Origin: Anaerolineales bacterium
Lineage (GTDB): Bacteria > Chloroflexota > Anaerolineae > Caldilineales > Caldilineaceae
Direction: 5' to 3'
Assembly (NCBI GenBank): GCA_034421855.1
Contig: DAOUKB010000046.1
Location: forward strand, 726-64,725
Length of the DNA stretch: 64,000 bases
Both the position numbers and the translations under genes were made by a program. Shown one piece after another: positions 47,240 through 57,535 of this stretch (position 1 is the first letter of the stretch; each line of letters begins with the position of its first letter). The notes under the pieces were generated by a model that was not told the origin of the DNA, did not search any database, and saw only the letters and a program-made list of their open reading frames with translations.

Positions 47240-48505
47240 TCAGGTCGCCCGCGGATCGGCGCCGACCACGCCGCCGGGCGGCACTTCCGGGCCGTCGAAG
47301 TCGGCGGGACCGGCATAGGCATGGATTTGCACGTTGCGGCCGATCTTCATGTCGGCCGGGATCGTCGCGTTCCGGCCTATCAACGTCAGTCCCGTGTTCA
47401 ATATCTCCGGCAGTTCCCGATTCGGCACGTTGCTGGGACCGAACCCCAGGCAAACGTTCTTTTCGATCCGGGAGTGCACGTCGATCACGCACCGATCGAT
47501 CGTGGCGCCCTGCGCCACGACCACATTCCGCATGATGACGCTGTGGGTGACTTTCGCGCCTGCCGCTACGTACACGCCGGGGGAAAGGACGCTCTGAAAG
47601 ACGGTCCCTTCGATTACGCACCCGTTCGACACCAGATTGTGACTGACCTCGGCTTCCGCCCCGATCTTCGCCGGCGCTCGTTCCTGGCTGCGCGTGCGGA
47701 CCACCCATTGCCGATTCTGCAGGTTCAGGGCCGGCTCCTCCGCAATCAGGGCCATATGCGCCTCCCAGAAGGCCTGGACGGTCCCTACGTCGGCCCAATA
47801 GCCGGGATATTGATATGTCTGGATTTCTTCTTTCCGATCGAGCATATAGGGAATCACGTCGCGTCCGAAATCGTCGAGCTCCGGTTGATCCCCCAGAATG
47901 CGGTCCAAGACGTCGGCGTTGAACACGTATATCCCCATGCTGGCCAAAGAGCGCGGGCTGCGGCGGGGCTTTTCTTCGAAGGCCAGGAGCCTCTGGTCTT
48001 CGTCGACGACTACCATGCCGTAGCGAAACGCTTCGTAGGGGGACACCGACCGCGTCGCGATGGTCACGGCGCTGCCCCGTTCCCGATGCTGCTGCAGCAT
48101 GGGCCGATAGTCCATCAGGTATACGTGATCGCCGGCCAGGATCAAAATATCGCGGGCCTGCTGTCTGCGAATGAAGTCCAGATTGCGGCGTACCGCATCC
48201 GCGCTGCCCTTCTGCCAACCGCCGTAGCGGCCGCCCGTATAGGGTTGCAGCAGCCGAATACCGCTGCTGGCGCGATCCAAATCCCACGGTTTGCCCACCC
48301 CGATGTGATCGTTGAGGCTGCGGGGCATGTATTGGGTCAGCACCCCGATGTTGTAGATCTGGCTGTTCGTGAGGTTGCTGAGCGAAAAGTCGATGAGACG
48401 GAACTTGCCGGCGAAGTGCAAACCGGCATCGGCGCGATATTCGGTCAAAGCTCCCAGTTGTTCGCTGGAACCGCCGGCCAGAATCAGAGCCAGTATCTTG
48501 TCCAT
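47240..48505 (-). CDS. Glucose-1-phosphate adenylyltransferase paralogue with a degenerate catalytic N-terminus (GlgD-like)
   Basis: Same fold as the upstream glgC ([26 protein letters not shown]-terminal left-handed beta-helix). The catalytic consensus GGxGxRL..RAKPAV is replaced by GGSSEQLGALTEYRADAGL. Confidence 0.82.
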   Translation of the reverse strand: MDKILALILAGGSSEQLGALTEYRADAGLHFAGKFRLIDFSLSNLTNSQIYNIGVLTQYMPRSLNDHIGVGKPWDLDRASSGIRLLQPYTGGRYGGWQKGSADAVRRNLDFIRRQQARDILILAGDHVYLMDYRPMLQQHRERGSAVTIATRSVSPYEAFRYGMVVVDEDQRLLAFEEKPRRSPRSLASMGIYVFNADVLDRILGDQPELDDFGRDVIPYMLDRKEEIQTYQYPGYWADVGTVQAFWEAHMALIAEEPALNLQNRQWVVRTRSQERAPAKIGAEAEVSHNLVSNGCVIEGTVFQSVLSPGVYVAAGAKVTHSVIMRNVVVAQGATIDRCVIDVHSRIEKNVCLGFGPSNVPNRELPEILNTGLTLIGRNATIPADMKIGRNVQIHAYAGPADFDGPEVPPGGVVGADPRAT

Positions 48506-48521
48506 CCCGCCTGCGCCTCGT

Positions 48522-49778
48522 CTACTCGGCGCCGGAGCGGACCGTAGTGCTGACCAGCGGTCCGCCGCGGGCGGCGAAATCCTCGGCATCTACGTTGCTG
48601 CCCACCAACACGTTGCCGCCAATCCGCGTACCCGGCGGAACGAAGGAATCCTTGCCCACTACCGAAATGCCGGTGTCGAGTTTGTCCGGTGTTTCCTGGT
48701 TGGGGGCGCATTCTTCCGAAGTCCCGACATGGGCTCCGGCCCCTATGATCACCGACTTGTCGAGAATAGCATTCTCGATATAGGCTCCGGGACCAATCCA
48801 GGTGTCGTTCATGATCACGCTGTTTTCCACTACTGCCCCGGCGCTGATATAGACGCCAGGGCTGAGCACGCTGTGGGAAACTCGGCCTTTGACCACCGAG
48901 CCGTTGCACAACATGGAATTGCGCACCTCGGCTTGGCCCGTCAGCTTGGCGGGCGGTTGTTCCGTGGAACGCGTCAGAATAGGCCACTCTCCGCCGTAGA
49001 GATCCAGCGGGGGTTCCTGCCGCAGCAATTCCAGGCTCGTGTTCCAATACGAGTCGATGGTGCCCACGTCCACCCAATAACCTTCGAACGCAAAAGCGTA
49101 GACCTTGTCCTGCGCTTCGATCATGGCGGGGATCACATGTTGCCCAAAGTCGGAGCGCGGCGTCTCCGGAGAGCCTTCCGCCAAGCGTTCCATCAGCCGG
49201 GTGCGATTGAATACGTAAATGCCCATGGAGGCCAGGTTGCCTTTGTCCTGGCCCGGCGGTTTTTCGTGAAAGGCCTGGACGCGGCCCCCGTCTTCGATCT
49301 GCATGATGCCGAAACGGGGAGTCGTCTCCAAAGGTACCGGCATGACGGCGACCGTCAGATCGGCGCCGGTCTCCTGGTGCTGCCGCAGCATCGGCGCATA
49401 ATCCATCTTGTAGATATGGTCTCCCGACAGCACGAGGACCAGATCCGGACCATAATTGTCGATGTAGAAGCGATTGCGCAACACGGCATCGGCAGTGCCG
49501 GTATACCAAGCTTGGGCGCCGGGAGCCGTGTACGGCTGCAGAATGTGCACTCCGCCTTGGACGCGGTCCAAGTCCCAGGGTTTGCCGATGCCGATATGCT
49601 GCTGCAGACTGTGGGGTTGATACTGCGTGAGGACTCCGACGGCGGCGATCCCGCTGTGAATGCAGTTGCTGAGCGTGAAGTCGATAATGCGGAATTTGCC
49701 CGCGAAGGGAACGGCGGGTTTGGCCCGCTTGTCCGAAAGCGTCATGAGCCGGGTGCCCGCCCCTCCGGCCAAGATCAT
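48522..49778 (-). CDS. glgC: Glucose-1-phosphate adenylyltransferase
   Basis: [56 protein letters not shown]. The start is uncertain: ATG-49778 gives MILAGG, and the ORF stays open to 49922. Confidence 0.88.
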   Translation of the reverse strand: MILAGGAGTRLMTLSDKRAKPAVPFAGKFRIIDFTLSNCIHSGIAAVGVLTQYQPHSLQQHIGIGKPWDLDRVQGGVHILQPYTAPGAQAWYTGTADAVLRNRFYIDNYGPDLVLVLSGDHIYKMDYAPMLRQHQETGADLTVAVMPVPLETTPRFGIMQIEDGGRVQAFHEKPPGQDKGNLASMGIYVFNRTRLMERLAEGSPETPRSDFGQHVIPAMIEAQDKVYAFAFEGYWVDVGTIDSYWNTSLELLRQEPPLDLYGGEWPILTRSTEQPPAKLTGQAEVRNSMLCNGSVVKGRVSHSVLSPGVYISAGAVVENSVIMNDTWIGPGAYIENAILDKSVIIGAGAHVGTSEECAPNQETPDKLDTGISVVGKDSFVPPGTRIGGNVLVGSNVDAEDFAARGGPLVSTTVRSGAE

Positions 49779-50125
49779 GGCTAACGTCTGAATGGTGGAC
49801 GCCCCCTGCCTGAAGCCGTCAAGCCGCTCTGCGCCTGCTCTCTGCAGTGTAAGGGTTGGTCCGCTTCCTCCCAAAACAAAGCGCCGCCAGTCCCGGCCTC
49901 GGGCCGAGGCGAGGCGCTCCATCCAGACCCGCAGCCGGCAGGCCCCTGCCGCCCCGCGGGCGAGCGGCGGCCGCCGCCGGCCTGGGCCGGTTTCCGCACC
50001 CGGTAGGGAGGCCCTAGCGACCTGTAGGAACCGGCCGCCTAGCGCGCCGTCCGAAAACAGGAAACCAGTCTCTTTGGTGCTAGACTTGGATGTTGGGCTT
50101 GGCCTGTCCGCGTTGGAGAATCCGC

Positions 50126-51700
50126 ATGTTGCGAAAGACCCTTGATCCCCAGTACTGGACCCATGAGTTCACGCTGTCGGAACAACATCTGGAATATGTC
50201 TACGGACTGCTGGCGCAAGGTTCCCTGGGAACCCCAGCCCCCTTCGACAAGCTGGCCGTCCATCTGATTGCAGAAATCCAACGGATGGAAGACCATCATG
50301 TCCAGCAGCTGCTGTCTTTGGGCACGATGTACCAGCCCCAGCAAAAGTACGGCGTCGACCAGGTCCTGGTCTTCACGGCTCTGGACTACCGCACCGGCGT
50401 CGTCACGAACATCCGCGCCGGGCAGAATCCCGAACATGGTCGCTTCGACGTGATCCAAGTCGCCATGCAGAATCCCCCGGAGACGGTGGAATTTGCGGCG
50501 CAGCTGCGGAGTCCCCATCCGCTGAATGCCCTGGAGGTGGAAGACCTCAATGCGGCCGAATTGATGACCGCCGAGGAAATCTTCGAGCAATACGGGGACG
50601 AAATCGATGCGCAGATCCGGCAGGCCTTCGCCCGGGCCGAGGATTCGCTGGGCATCATGGAATGGCGCGGGGGTTGGATCGTCGAGGATCTGCTGGTCGA
50701 AATAGACGAATTCAGCCGCAACGTGGCCGAGGCCATGATGTTCGAGAAAGGTCGACCCGTATCCGGCCAGGCCATTTTGGAGGAACTGCGGCTGGACGTG
50801 GGCGATGCCAGCCCCGAACTCGTGGACCTGAGCCTGGAAGTCGCATTGATCCGAGACGGCCGTTTCGAACAGGTCGTATACGAAGACGCAGTGCGATGGT
50901 ACACGCGCAGCCTGCTGCCGCCTTTGGCCCAAGAAATTCCGAGCCTGTTGCAACCCGTGCAGTTGAACTACCGGTTCTCCGCTTTGGAGGGACCGCTGTT
51001 GGCCCTCGAAATCCAGTTGCGGGACGAATGGAGTGCATTGGAGACGGGCGAAACCTCGGATTTTGCCTCTTTCTACCTGCTCTATCCCCATTTCCATTAC
51101 GGTACGATGCCGGTTACGGCGCAGCTAGCCGAGCTGTTGGGCGCGTCGGGGCGCTACAAGACCTATCTGGAGATCACCGATCCCCTCAGCGGCGACAAGA
51201 TCCCGACTTGGTATGTGCCGGCAGGACGCTACATCTGTGGCTTGGGGGATTTCTACGCGGTCCGCCGTCTCGCGGTGGGAGCCCGACTGACCTTGGAAAA
51301 GCGCGCGGACGGGGCGCTGGCTTTGTCGTACAACAAACGGCGGGACGATCGGGAGTGGCTGAACATCCTCAATGTCGAAGAGGGAGCCATTCGGTTCAAG
51401 CTGGAGAAGAGCAAAACGGAAATCGCTCACGAATTCATGCCGGAACTTTTGGTGAGCACCCAGAGCGACGATGCGGACTGGGCCCACATCCGAGCCGCGT
51501 ATCGGGACACCAAGGTGTTCCTGTTGGTCGAGGAACTGGTACGCGAGCTGGTCAAGGGCAGCGGCTCGGTCAATGCGGCTACAGTGTACGGAGCCGTCAA
51601 TCTGGTACAACGCCACGCGCCCGGTCCCGTATTCCATGCCCTGATGTCGAATTCGCGGCTCATCCAAATGGAGGATCAGGTAACCTGGAGACTGGCCTGA
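50126..51700 (+). CDS. Hypothetical protein (acidic, soluble, 524 aa)
   Basis: Long ORF with protein-like composition. GGAGA lies 6 nt upstream of ATG-50126. I recognise no family motif. Confidence 0.7.
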   Translation: MLRKTLDPQYWTHEFTLSEQHLEYVYGLLAQGSLGTPAPFDKLAVHLIAEIQRMEDHHVQQLLSLGTMYQPQQKYGVDQVLVFTALDYRTGVVTNIRAGQNPEHGRFDVIQVAMQNPPETVEFAAQLRSPHPLNALEVEDLNAAELMTAEEIFEQYGDEIDAQIRQAFARAEDSLGIMEWRGGWIVEDLLVEIDEFSRNVAEAMMFEKGRPVSGQAILEELRLDVGDASPELVDLSLEVALIRDGRFEQVVYEDAVRWYTRSLLPPLAQEIPSLLQPVQLNYRFSALEGPLLALEIQLRDEWSALETGETSDFASFYLLYPHFHYGTMPVTAQLAELLGASGRYKTYLEITDPLSGDKIPTWYVPAGRYICGLGDFYAVRRLAVGARLTLEKRADGALALSYNKRRDDREWLNILNVEEGAIRFKLEKSKTEIAHEFMPELLVSTQSDDADWAHIRAAYRDTKVFLLVEELVRELVKGSGSVNAATVYGAVNLVQRHAPGPVFHALMSNSRLIQMEDQVTWRLA

Positions 51701-51777
51701 GCCCCCAGCGCCGCCGCCCCAAACCGCCCCTCGCTCCCTCTTTGAAACCGACAGACGAAGCAAGAGAACAACCCGCA

Positions 51778-52248
51778 ATGTCCGCCAGAATGCAGATGAG
51801 CAATCGTACCCGGCGCTTCGGCACCACCGTGGATACCAAGTTTCACATCGATTACGCTTGGTGGGAGCGCAGCGAACTCAACCAGCGCCTGTACCTCTAC
51901 GAGCAGTTGTGCGAGGATTGCCGCAAACGGTTCAAGTCGTACGAAAAGACCGAAGAAGTAGACTGGGTCGATCTGGAGACCGGAGAAGTCCGCAAGGCCG
52001 ATGCGCTGATCGAATGTCTACGCACCATCTGTGCCCATCAGCCCGACTTTATCGACGACACGCTGCCGTTGACTTCGGCCTGCTTCCGGGTCTTTCTGAC
52101 CAACCAGAACGTACCCTTGACGCCGCGGGAACTCAGCGAAATTTTGGGCCAAACCACAGCCGTAAGCAGCGCCAAGTGGGCGGCGTCGAAGATTCTGCGC
52201 GTTCTCAGCGGCCCTCAAGTCTATCTGGGCCTGCGCCCGCTTAGTTGA
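51778..52248 (+). CDS. Hypothetical protein (156 aa, Cys-containing, possible C-terminal HTH)
   Basis: Sensible composition from MSARMQMSNRTRRFG. Contains CEDC and CLRTIC, and LTPRELSEILG resembles an HTH turn. The ORF-track entry 50662-52248 is an out-of-frame upstream read-through over the previous gene. Confidence 0.6.
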   Translation: MSARMQMSNRTRRFGTTVDTKFHIDYAWWERSELNQRLYLYEQLCEDCRKRFKSYEKTEEVDWVDLETGEVRKADALIECLRTICAHQPDFIDDTLPLTSACFRVFLTNQNVPLTPRELSEILGQTTAVSSAKWAASKILRVLSGPQVYLGLRPLS

Positions 52249-52431
52249 CTTCGGCTCTGCGGCCGCCCATGGCGGGACGTCTCCCCGGCGGAGCGGATCG
52301 CCATTGCGGAGACGGTAGGCGCCGGGATATGATTGCAGGTTCAGGGTACGACGGTCCGCAGTCCGGCCGCCGCCCCGTCGTCGCCTGACGAGTACAGCAA
52401 CAGTCATTCCGCGCTTCGCCGCTGCCCGCGC

Positions 52432-53802
52432 ATGTCCGTGCCCCCGCCCTTGGACAGCTGCTTTCGCTGCTTCGAGAACTGCACGCCGGGAGAGCGGTTC
52501 TCCGTGTTCGACGTGATCTACCGCTGTCCCCGGTGCAACGGCTTGCTGGAGGTACACCACGCGCGACCGCCGTTGCTGGCCCGTCACGCGGGCCCGGAGT
52601 GGCAGCGGAAATTCGACGATCGCAGCGGCACCCATGTCTTTCCTTACGGCAGCGGGGTCTGGCGGTATCAGGAATGGGTCATGCCCGACCTGTTGCCGGC
52701 AAACATCGTCAGCATGTACGAAGGCAATTCCAATTTGTTCCGGGCCGACCGCCTAGGGGCGCAACTCGGGGTGCCGGACCTGTGGATCAAGATGTGCGGC
52801 CACAGCCATACCGGCAGCTTCAAAGATTTGGGCATGACCGTGCTGATCAGCGTAGTCAAACAAATCATGGCCCAGGGAAAGTCCGCCCTGCAGGCCGTGG
52901 CATGTGCCAGCACCGGCGATACCAGCGCGGCTCTGGCGGCCTATGCCGCGGCCGCAGACATTCCGGCGCTTATTTTTCTGCCCAAAGGCAAGATCAGCCG
53001 GGCGCAGCTGGTGCAGCCGATAGCCAACGGCGCGCATGTACTGGCTCTGGACACCGACTTCGACGGGTGTATGGAAATCGTGCAGGCCATCACCCAGGAC
53101 GAAACCATCTACCTGGCCAATTCCATGAACAGCTTGCGGGTGGAAGGACAGAAGACGGTGGCTCTGGAAATCCTGCAGCAGTTCGGATGGGAGCCGCCGG
53201 ACTGGATCGTGGTGCCTTCCGGCAATCTGGGCAACGTGAGCGCCGTGTACAAAGGATTGCGCTTGTTGCAGGATTTGGGCATTACGGACCGGATGCCGCG
53301 GCTGGTGGCCGCTCAAGCGGAAAAAGCCAATCCCCTGTTCCGCAGTTTCACGCAGAATTTCGCGCACCTGGTGCCGATGACGGCGGGACCGACCCTGGCT
53401 TCCGCGATCCAAATCGGGAAGCCCGTCAGTTACGTCAAGGCTGTCAAGGCTGTGGCGGAGAGCCGGGGGCTCGTAGTTTCGGTTTCCGAAGACCAATTGG
53501 CCCACGCGGCGGCCTTGGGCGACCGCGTGGGGCTTTATGTCTGTCCCCATACCGGAGTAGCCATCGGCGCGCTCATGCAGCTGGCGGCGCGGGGAGAGAT
53601 CGGCCCTGCCGAGCGGGTCGTGATCGTCAGCACGGCGCATGGTCTGAAATTTACCCAATTCAAAGTCGGCTACCACGCCGGAAAGTTGGCAGGCGTGGAG
53701 TCCCGCTTGGCCAATATCCCTCGGGAGCTGCCCCCGGCATTGGACAACGTACGCGGCGCCGTGCACGAGATTCTAGACGCGTATGGCCCACAGTCCCGCT
53801 GA
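52432..53802 (+). CDS. thrC: Threonine synthase (with N-terminal zinc ribbon)
   Basis: [26 protein letters not shown] lysine motif [12 protein letters not shown], and PSGNLGN. Confidence 0.9.
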   Translation: MSVPPPLDSCFRCFENCTPGERFSVFDVIYRCPRCNGLLEVHHARPPLLARHAGPEWQRKFDDRSGTHVFPYGSGVWRYQEWVMPDLLPANIVSMYEGNSNLFRADRLGAQLGVPDLWIKMCGHSHTGSFKDLGMTVLISVVKQIMAQGKSALQAVACASTGDTSAALAAYAAAADIPALIFLPKGKISRAQLVQPIANGAHVLALDTDFDGCMEIVQAITQDETIYLANSMNSLRVEGQKTVALEILQQFGWEPPDWIVVPSGNLGNVSAVYKGLRLLQDLGITDRMPRLVAAQAEKANPLFRSFTQNFAHLVPMTAGPTLASAIQIGKPVSYVKAVKAVAESRGLVVSVSEDQLAHAAALGDRVGLYVCPHTGVAIGALMQLAARGEIGPAERVVIVSTAHGLKFTQFKVGYHAGKLAGVESRLANIPRELPPALDNVRGAVHEILDAYGPQSR

Positions 53803-54634
53803 TCCGCACGCCCGCATGAAGACCCCCGTGTCCGAGCCTTTCTCGCAAGGCCGTATGGATTTCACCTGGTCCCAGCATCAATGGAAGGCGCCCCCGAAGG
53901 AGCATCAGGGACTGCTGGGAGGCAACCCGTACCAACGACCGGATCGGCAACAGGTACCGGATTGGGGCTGCAATCAACCCTTTGTGCGGTCCCTCATGCA
54001 AGATGGTCCGCTCTCGGCCAACCAGACCGCTTTTCGTGCGTTTCTCGCCAGCAAAGCGGACGTCGAAATCGAGGTCGGCGTAGGCCGCGGCGACTTTCTG
54101 CTGGCGCGGGCCCGGCGATTGCCGGCCCGCGGCTTTGTCGGCTTCGAAGTCAAGACCGGCACAGCCGTAAAACTGATACGGCGCATAGCCGAGGCGGAAC
54201 TGGCCAATACGTGGATCAGCGACGACGATGCGCGTTTCGGTCTGCCGCATCTATTCGCCCAGCGGCGGGCCGCGGCTCTGCATGTGCTCTTCCCCGATCC
54301 CTGGTGGAAACCCAGTCATGCACGGCGCCGTCTCTTCACTCCCGCCTTCGTCGCCTTGCTGGGGCAATGCCTACGCCCTGGAGGATTGCTGCACGTGCGC
54401 AGCGATGTGGCAGCCCTGGTGGACAGCGCGCGATTTCTGGTGGCGGAATCTGCGCTGTTCCTGCCGCCGGACGACAGACTGCTGAGGCGCGTGGAACCCT
54501 ATCAGCCCACGCATCGAGAGCAGTGGTGCCTCACCCGCGGTTTTCCGGTGCATACTTTGCTGTGTGTCCGCAAGTCGGCTGCGGGGAAGGCAATGGAACC
54601 CGACAAGGAACGGACGCATGGCCCAGATCCCTAG
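53783..54634 (+). CDS. trmB: tRNA (guanine46-N7)-methyltransferase
   Basis: [46 protein letters not shown]-53816 is an alternative start that avoids the 20-nt overlap with thrC. Confidence 0.82.
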   Translation: MAHSPADPHARMKTPVSEPFSQGRMDFTWSQHQWKAPPKEHQGLLGGNPYQRPDRQQVPDWGCNQPFVRSLMQDGPLSANQTAFRAFLASKADVEIEVGVGRGDFLLARARRLPARGFVGFEVKTGTAVKLIRRIAEAELANTWISDDDARFGLPHLFAQRRAAALHVLFPDPWWKPSHARRRLFTPAFVALLGQCLRPGGLLHVRSDVAALVDSARFLVAESALFLPPDDRLLRRVEPYQPTHREQWCLTRGFPVHTLLCVRKSAAGKAMEPDKERTHGPDP

Positions 54635-55400
54635 ATGGTATTACCCCGGCAGAGCGCTGCCGCCCCTGCCGGCTTTGCCCAACGGGGCGGGACCCTTGAA
54701 ATTCACCGCGGTCGTACCGGCCCGGAACGAAGCCGCCAATCTGGTGCCTATCCTGCACTATCTGAAGAAATATGCCGACGAGATTTTGCTGGTGGATGGT
54801 CACAGCACGGACGGGACGCCCGAATTGGGCAGGGCTCTCGGCATTGAAGTGATTCAGGACCAAGGCTTGGGCAAAGGAGCCGCGCTGCGGGAAGGCATCG
54901 TACGGGCCCGCAACGACTACATCGTATGTATGGACGCGGACGGTTCCCACGATCCCGGCGACATTCCCAGTCTGCTGCGGCCTCTGGTGCAAAGGGATGC
55001 GGACCATGTGTCCGGTTCGCGCATGATCGGCGGCAGCGAGGAACTCCATGCCACTCTCGGTCAATCCATCCGATTGTTCGGTAGTCAGGTCGTCACCCTG
55101 CTCATCAACTACACCCAGAACGTGCGCTTGACCGATTGTCAGAACGGATTTCGCGCCTTGCGCAGGGACGTGGCCCTGGATCTGAGGTTGTCCGAGAACA
55201 TCCATACGATCGAACAGGAAATGATCATCAAATCCCTGCGTCGCGGGTACAGGGTAGTGGAGGTGCCGACTCACGAATACGCCCGGGCCAATGGCGATTC
55301 GTCCTTCAAAATCAAGGATGTATGGCTCCGCTTCGGCATCACCTTGCTCTATTTTCTGTTCTTCTGGGATCCCACGGGACGCGGTCGCACCGCCGGCTGA
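54618..55400 (+). CDS. GT2 glycosyltransferase (polyprenyl-phosphate sugar synthase-like)
   Basis: AVVPARNEAANL, LLVDGHSTDGT, CMDADGSHDP. AAGGAA RBS 7 nt upstream of ATG-54618. Confidence 0.85.
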   Translation: MAQIPRWYYPGRALPPLPALPNGAGPLKFTAVVPARNEAANLVPILHYLKKYADEILLVDGHSTDGTPELGRALGIEVIQDQGLGKGAALREGIVRARNDYIVCMDADGSHDPGDIPSLLRPLVQRDADHVSGSRMIGGSEELHATLGQSIRLFGSQVVTLLINYTQNVRLTDCQNGFRALRRDVALDLRLSENIHTIEQEMIIKSLRRGYRVVEVPTHEYARANGDSSFKIKDVWLRFGITLLYFLFFWDPTGRGRTAG

Positions 55401-55419
55401 TCCGCCCTGAGCCGGTTGC

Positions 55420-57324
55420 ATGGAGCCACGGCGTACCTCGCGTTCGGAGCCGACCCGCGCCGCCGCGGCCCCGCGGGACTGGAGCCTCTGGGGCTTGCTG
55501 ACGGCTTTCGCCACGGTAGCCGTCTACTTCAGCATCAAGGTGCCGGCCTTCGAAACGCCGGACGAGTTTCAGCACTACGCCTTCGTGCAGCATGTGGTCA
55601 CATGGTACGACCTGCCTAAGTCGGAGGCCCAGACGCCTGGCCTGTGGCGACAACAGGGCGTACAGGCCCCGCTGTACTACATTGCCGGCGCGCTGCTGAC
55701 CGCATGGGTGGACCAGTCCACGCTGCAGACGACCGCGCACCGCGTCAATCGTTTCGCCAAGTTGGGGCAGGCAGACGCGCCGGACAACCGCAACTACTTT
55801 TTGCCTCACGCAGACGACGCCTGGCCTTGGCGCAATGAATTCCTGGCGCTCCACATCCTGCGGTTTCTGTCCATAGGACTGGGCTGCCTGTCTCTCTGGG
55901 CGACTCTCCGTTTTCTGCAGTTGTTTCTGGACAAGCACACGGCTTTGCTCTGTACCGCCACCTGCGCCTTCATCCCCCAATTCGTCTTCATCTCCAGCGC
56001 GGCTTCCAACGACAACCTGATTATTGCCGCGGCCTGTCTCGTCGTCTGGCAGCTTGCGGACATGGTGCGGCTCAGTCAGACGGACGCGGGCGGCGCCGTG
56101 CTGCACAGAGCCGCATGGCGCATCGGTCTGCTCCTGGCGATGGCGTTGTTGGCCAAGCTGAGCGGCTTGGGGCTGTTGGGGGTCGCAGCCCTGACCGGCG
56201 CCTGGATCGCGTGGCGGCGCAATTCCGGGCGGCTGCTGTGGCAACTGGGCTGGCGCATGGCGACGGCGGTCCTGCTGGGAGCAGGTTGGTGGTTCGGACG
56301 CAACCTATGGCTCTATGGAGATCCACTGGCTTGGAATGTCTGGGAAGCCAACATCACCTTGCGTCCCGTCGCATTGAGTCTAGGCCAACTGGCGGCCGAG
56401 CTGCCGGGTCTTTTGCACAGCTTCTGGGGACTCTTCGGCTGGTTGACCGTTCCGTATCCCGACTATGTCTACCAGGGCCTGGCCTGGCTTTCGGCCCTCC
56501 TGCTCCTGGCCTTTGGCCTTTGGCTGGTACGGGCTGCCCGGGCTCTGCACAGCGACACGTATCTGCTGGAGAACGGAAAATTCATGCAGGGCTGCTTGGC
56601 CTTTCTGTGGCTCGGGACGTTGACGGCGTCCTGGTTGCGTTTCATGTGGATCGCCCCTGCCGCGCAAGGCCGCTATTTCTTTCCGGCGTTGCCGGCTGCA
56701 GGCTTGGCTCTCGGGCTGGGGATGACCTTGCTGCCGCCGCAAGGCCGGAAGGCAGCCTGGACATTGCCGGTCGGCTTGGCGGTTTTGTGCTTATCCACCC
56801 CGACTTGGATTCTGGACGCCGCCTATGTCCCGCCGCCTGTTGCCCAGTACGCCGAATTGAAACTCGCCCCGCGCCGGGCAGAAGTGGGACAAGACCCGGA
56901 CCGGCCGGAATTCAGACTGATTGGGAGCCGCCTACCCGCCGAAGTCGTCCCGGGGCAGAGTTATCCCGTCTATCTGCGCTTGGAGACGGTGGGACCGACG
57001 CTTCAGGACTATGCCGTTTTCGTGCACTTCCGGGACGCGGCAGGAAACGTTCTGACCCAATACGACGGCCTGCCGGGCGGCGGTCTCTGGCCTACCACCC
57101 AATGGCCCGTGGGCGAAACGCGGACCGAACATTTCACCATGACCATGCCGGCGAGTCTGGACATAGGTGCGCGGGGACAGATAGTCTTCGGATTCTACAA
57201 TCCTTGGACTTGGATGCGCCCCACGTGGCGCCTTCCCGAGACGGCTGCCGGCGGCCCCTATCCCAACGAGATCGTCTTGGGCCCCTTTGCCGTCACGCCG
57301 GCGCCCCCACCCCAAGCTCCCTGA
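55420..57324 (+). CDS. GT-C fold (ArnT/PMT-like) polytopic glycosyltransferase with a C-terminal extracytoplasmic domain
   Basis: 634 aa. The first-loop acidic motif FETPDEFQHY comes after TM1. There are more than 10 TM helices and a soluble beta-rich tail. Confidence 0.7.
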   Translation: MEPRRTSRSEPTRAAAAPRDWSLWGLLTAFATVAVYFSIKVPAFETPDEFQHYAFVQHVVTWYDLPKSEAQTPGLWRQQGVQAPLYYIAGALLTAWVDQSTLQTTAHRVNRFAKLGQADAPDNRNYFLPHADDAWPWRNEFLALHILRFLSIGLGCLSLWATLRFLQLFLDKHTALLCTATCAFIPQFVFISSAASNDNLIIAAACLVVWQLADMVRLSQTDAGGAVLHRAAWRIGLLLAMALLAKLSGLGLLGVAALTGAWIAWRRNSGRLLWQLGWRMATAVLLGAGWWFGRNLWLYGDPLAWNVWEANITLRPVALSLGQLAAELPGLLHSFWGLFGWLTVPYPDYVYQGLAWLSALLLLAFGLWLVRAARALHSDTYLLENGKFMQGCLAFLWLGTLTASWLRFMWIAPAAQGRYFFPALPAAGLALGLGMTLLPPQGRKAAWTLPVGLAVLCLSTPTWILDAAYVPPPVAQYAELKLAPRRAEVGQDPDRPEFRLIGSRLPAEVVPGQSYPVYLRLETVGPTLQDYAVFVHFRDAAGNVLTQYDGLPGGGLWPTTQWPVGETRTEHFTMTMPASLDIGARGQIVFGFYNPWTWMRPTWRLPETAAGGPYPNEIVLGPFAVTPAPPPQAP

Positions 57325-57535
57325 ACCGGCTGCACAGTTTTGCGCGGGACCCCGGTACGCAGTCACGCCGATCCGCGTTGGCCGTCGGTACCCAGGCCTG
57401 TAGCAGCGCCTGGCGCGCCTCCGCGCCAGACCTCCCGCGGGCCCATGGACGCCCGCTTCCCCGTGGTCTCCCCTGCCCCGGCCGGCATCGAGCGGGAACG
57501 CAGATCGACCGCCAAGGCCCGAGACGGGAAAGCAT

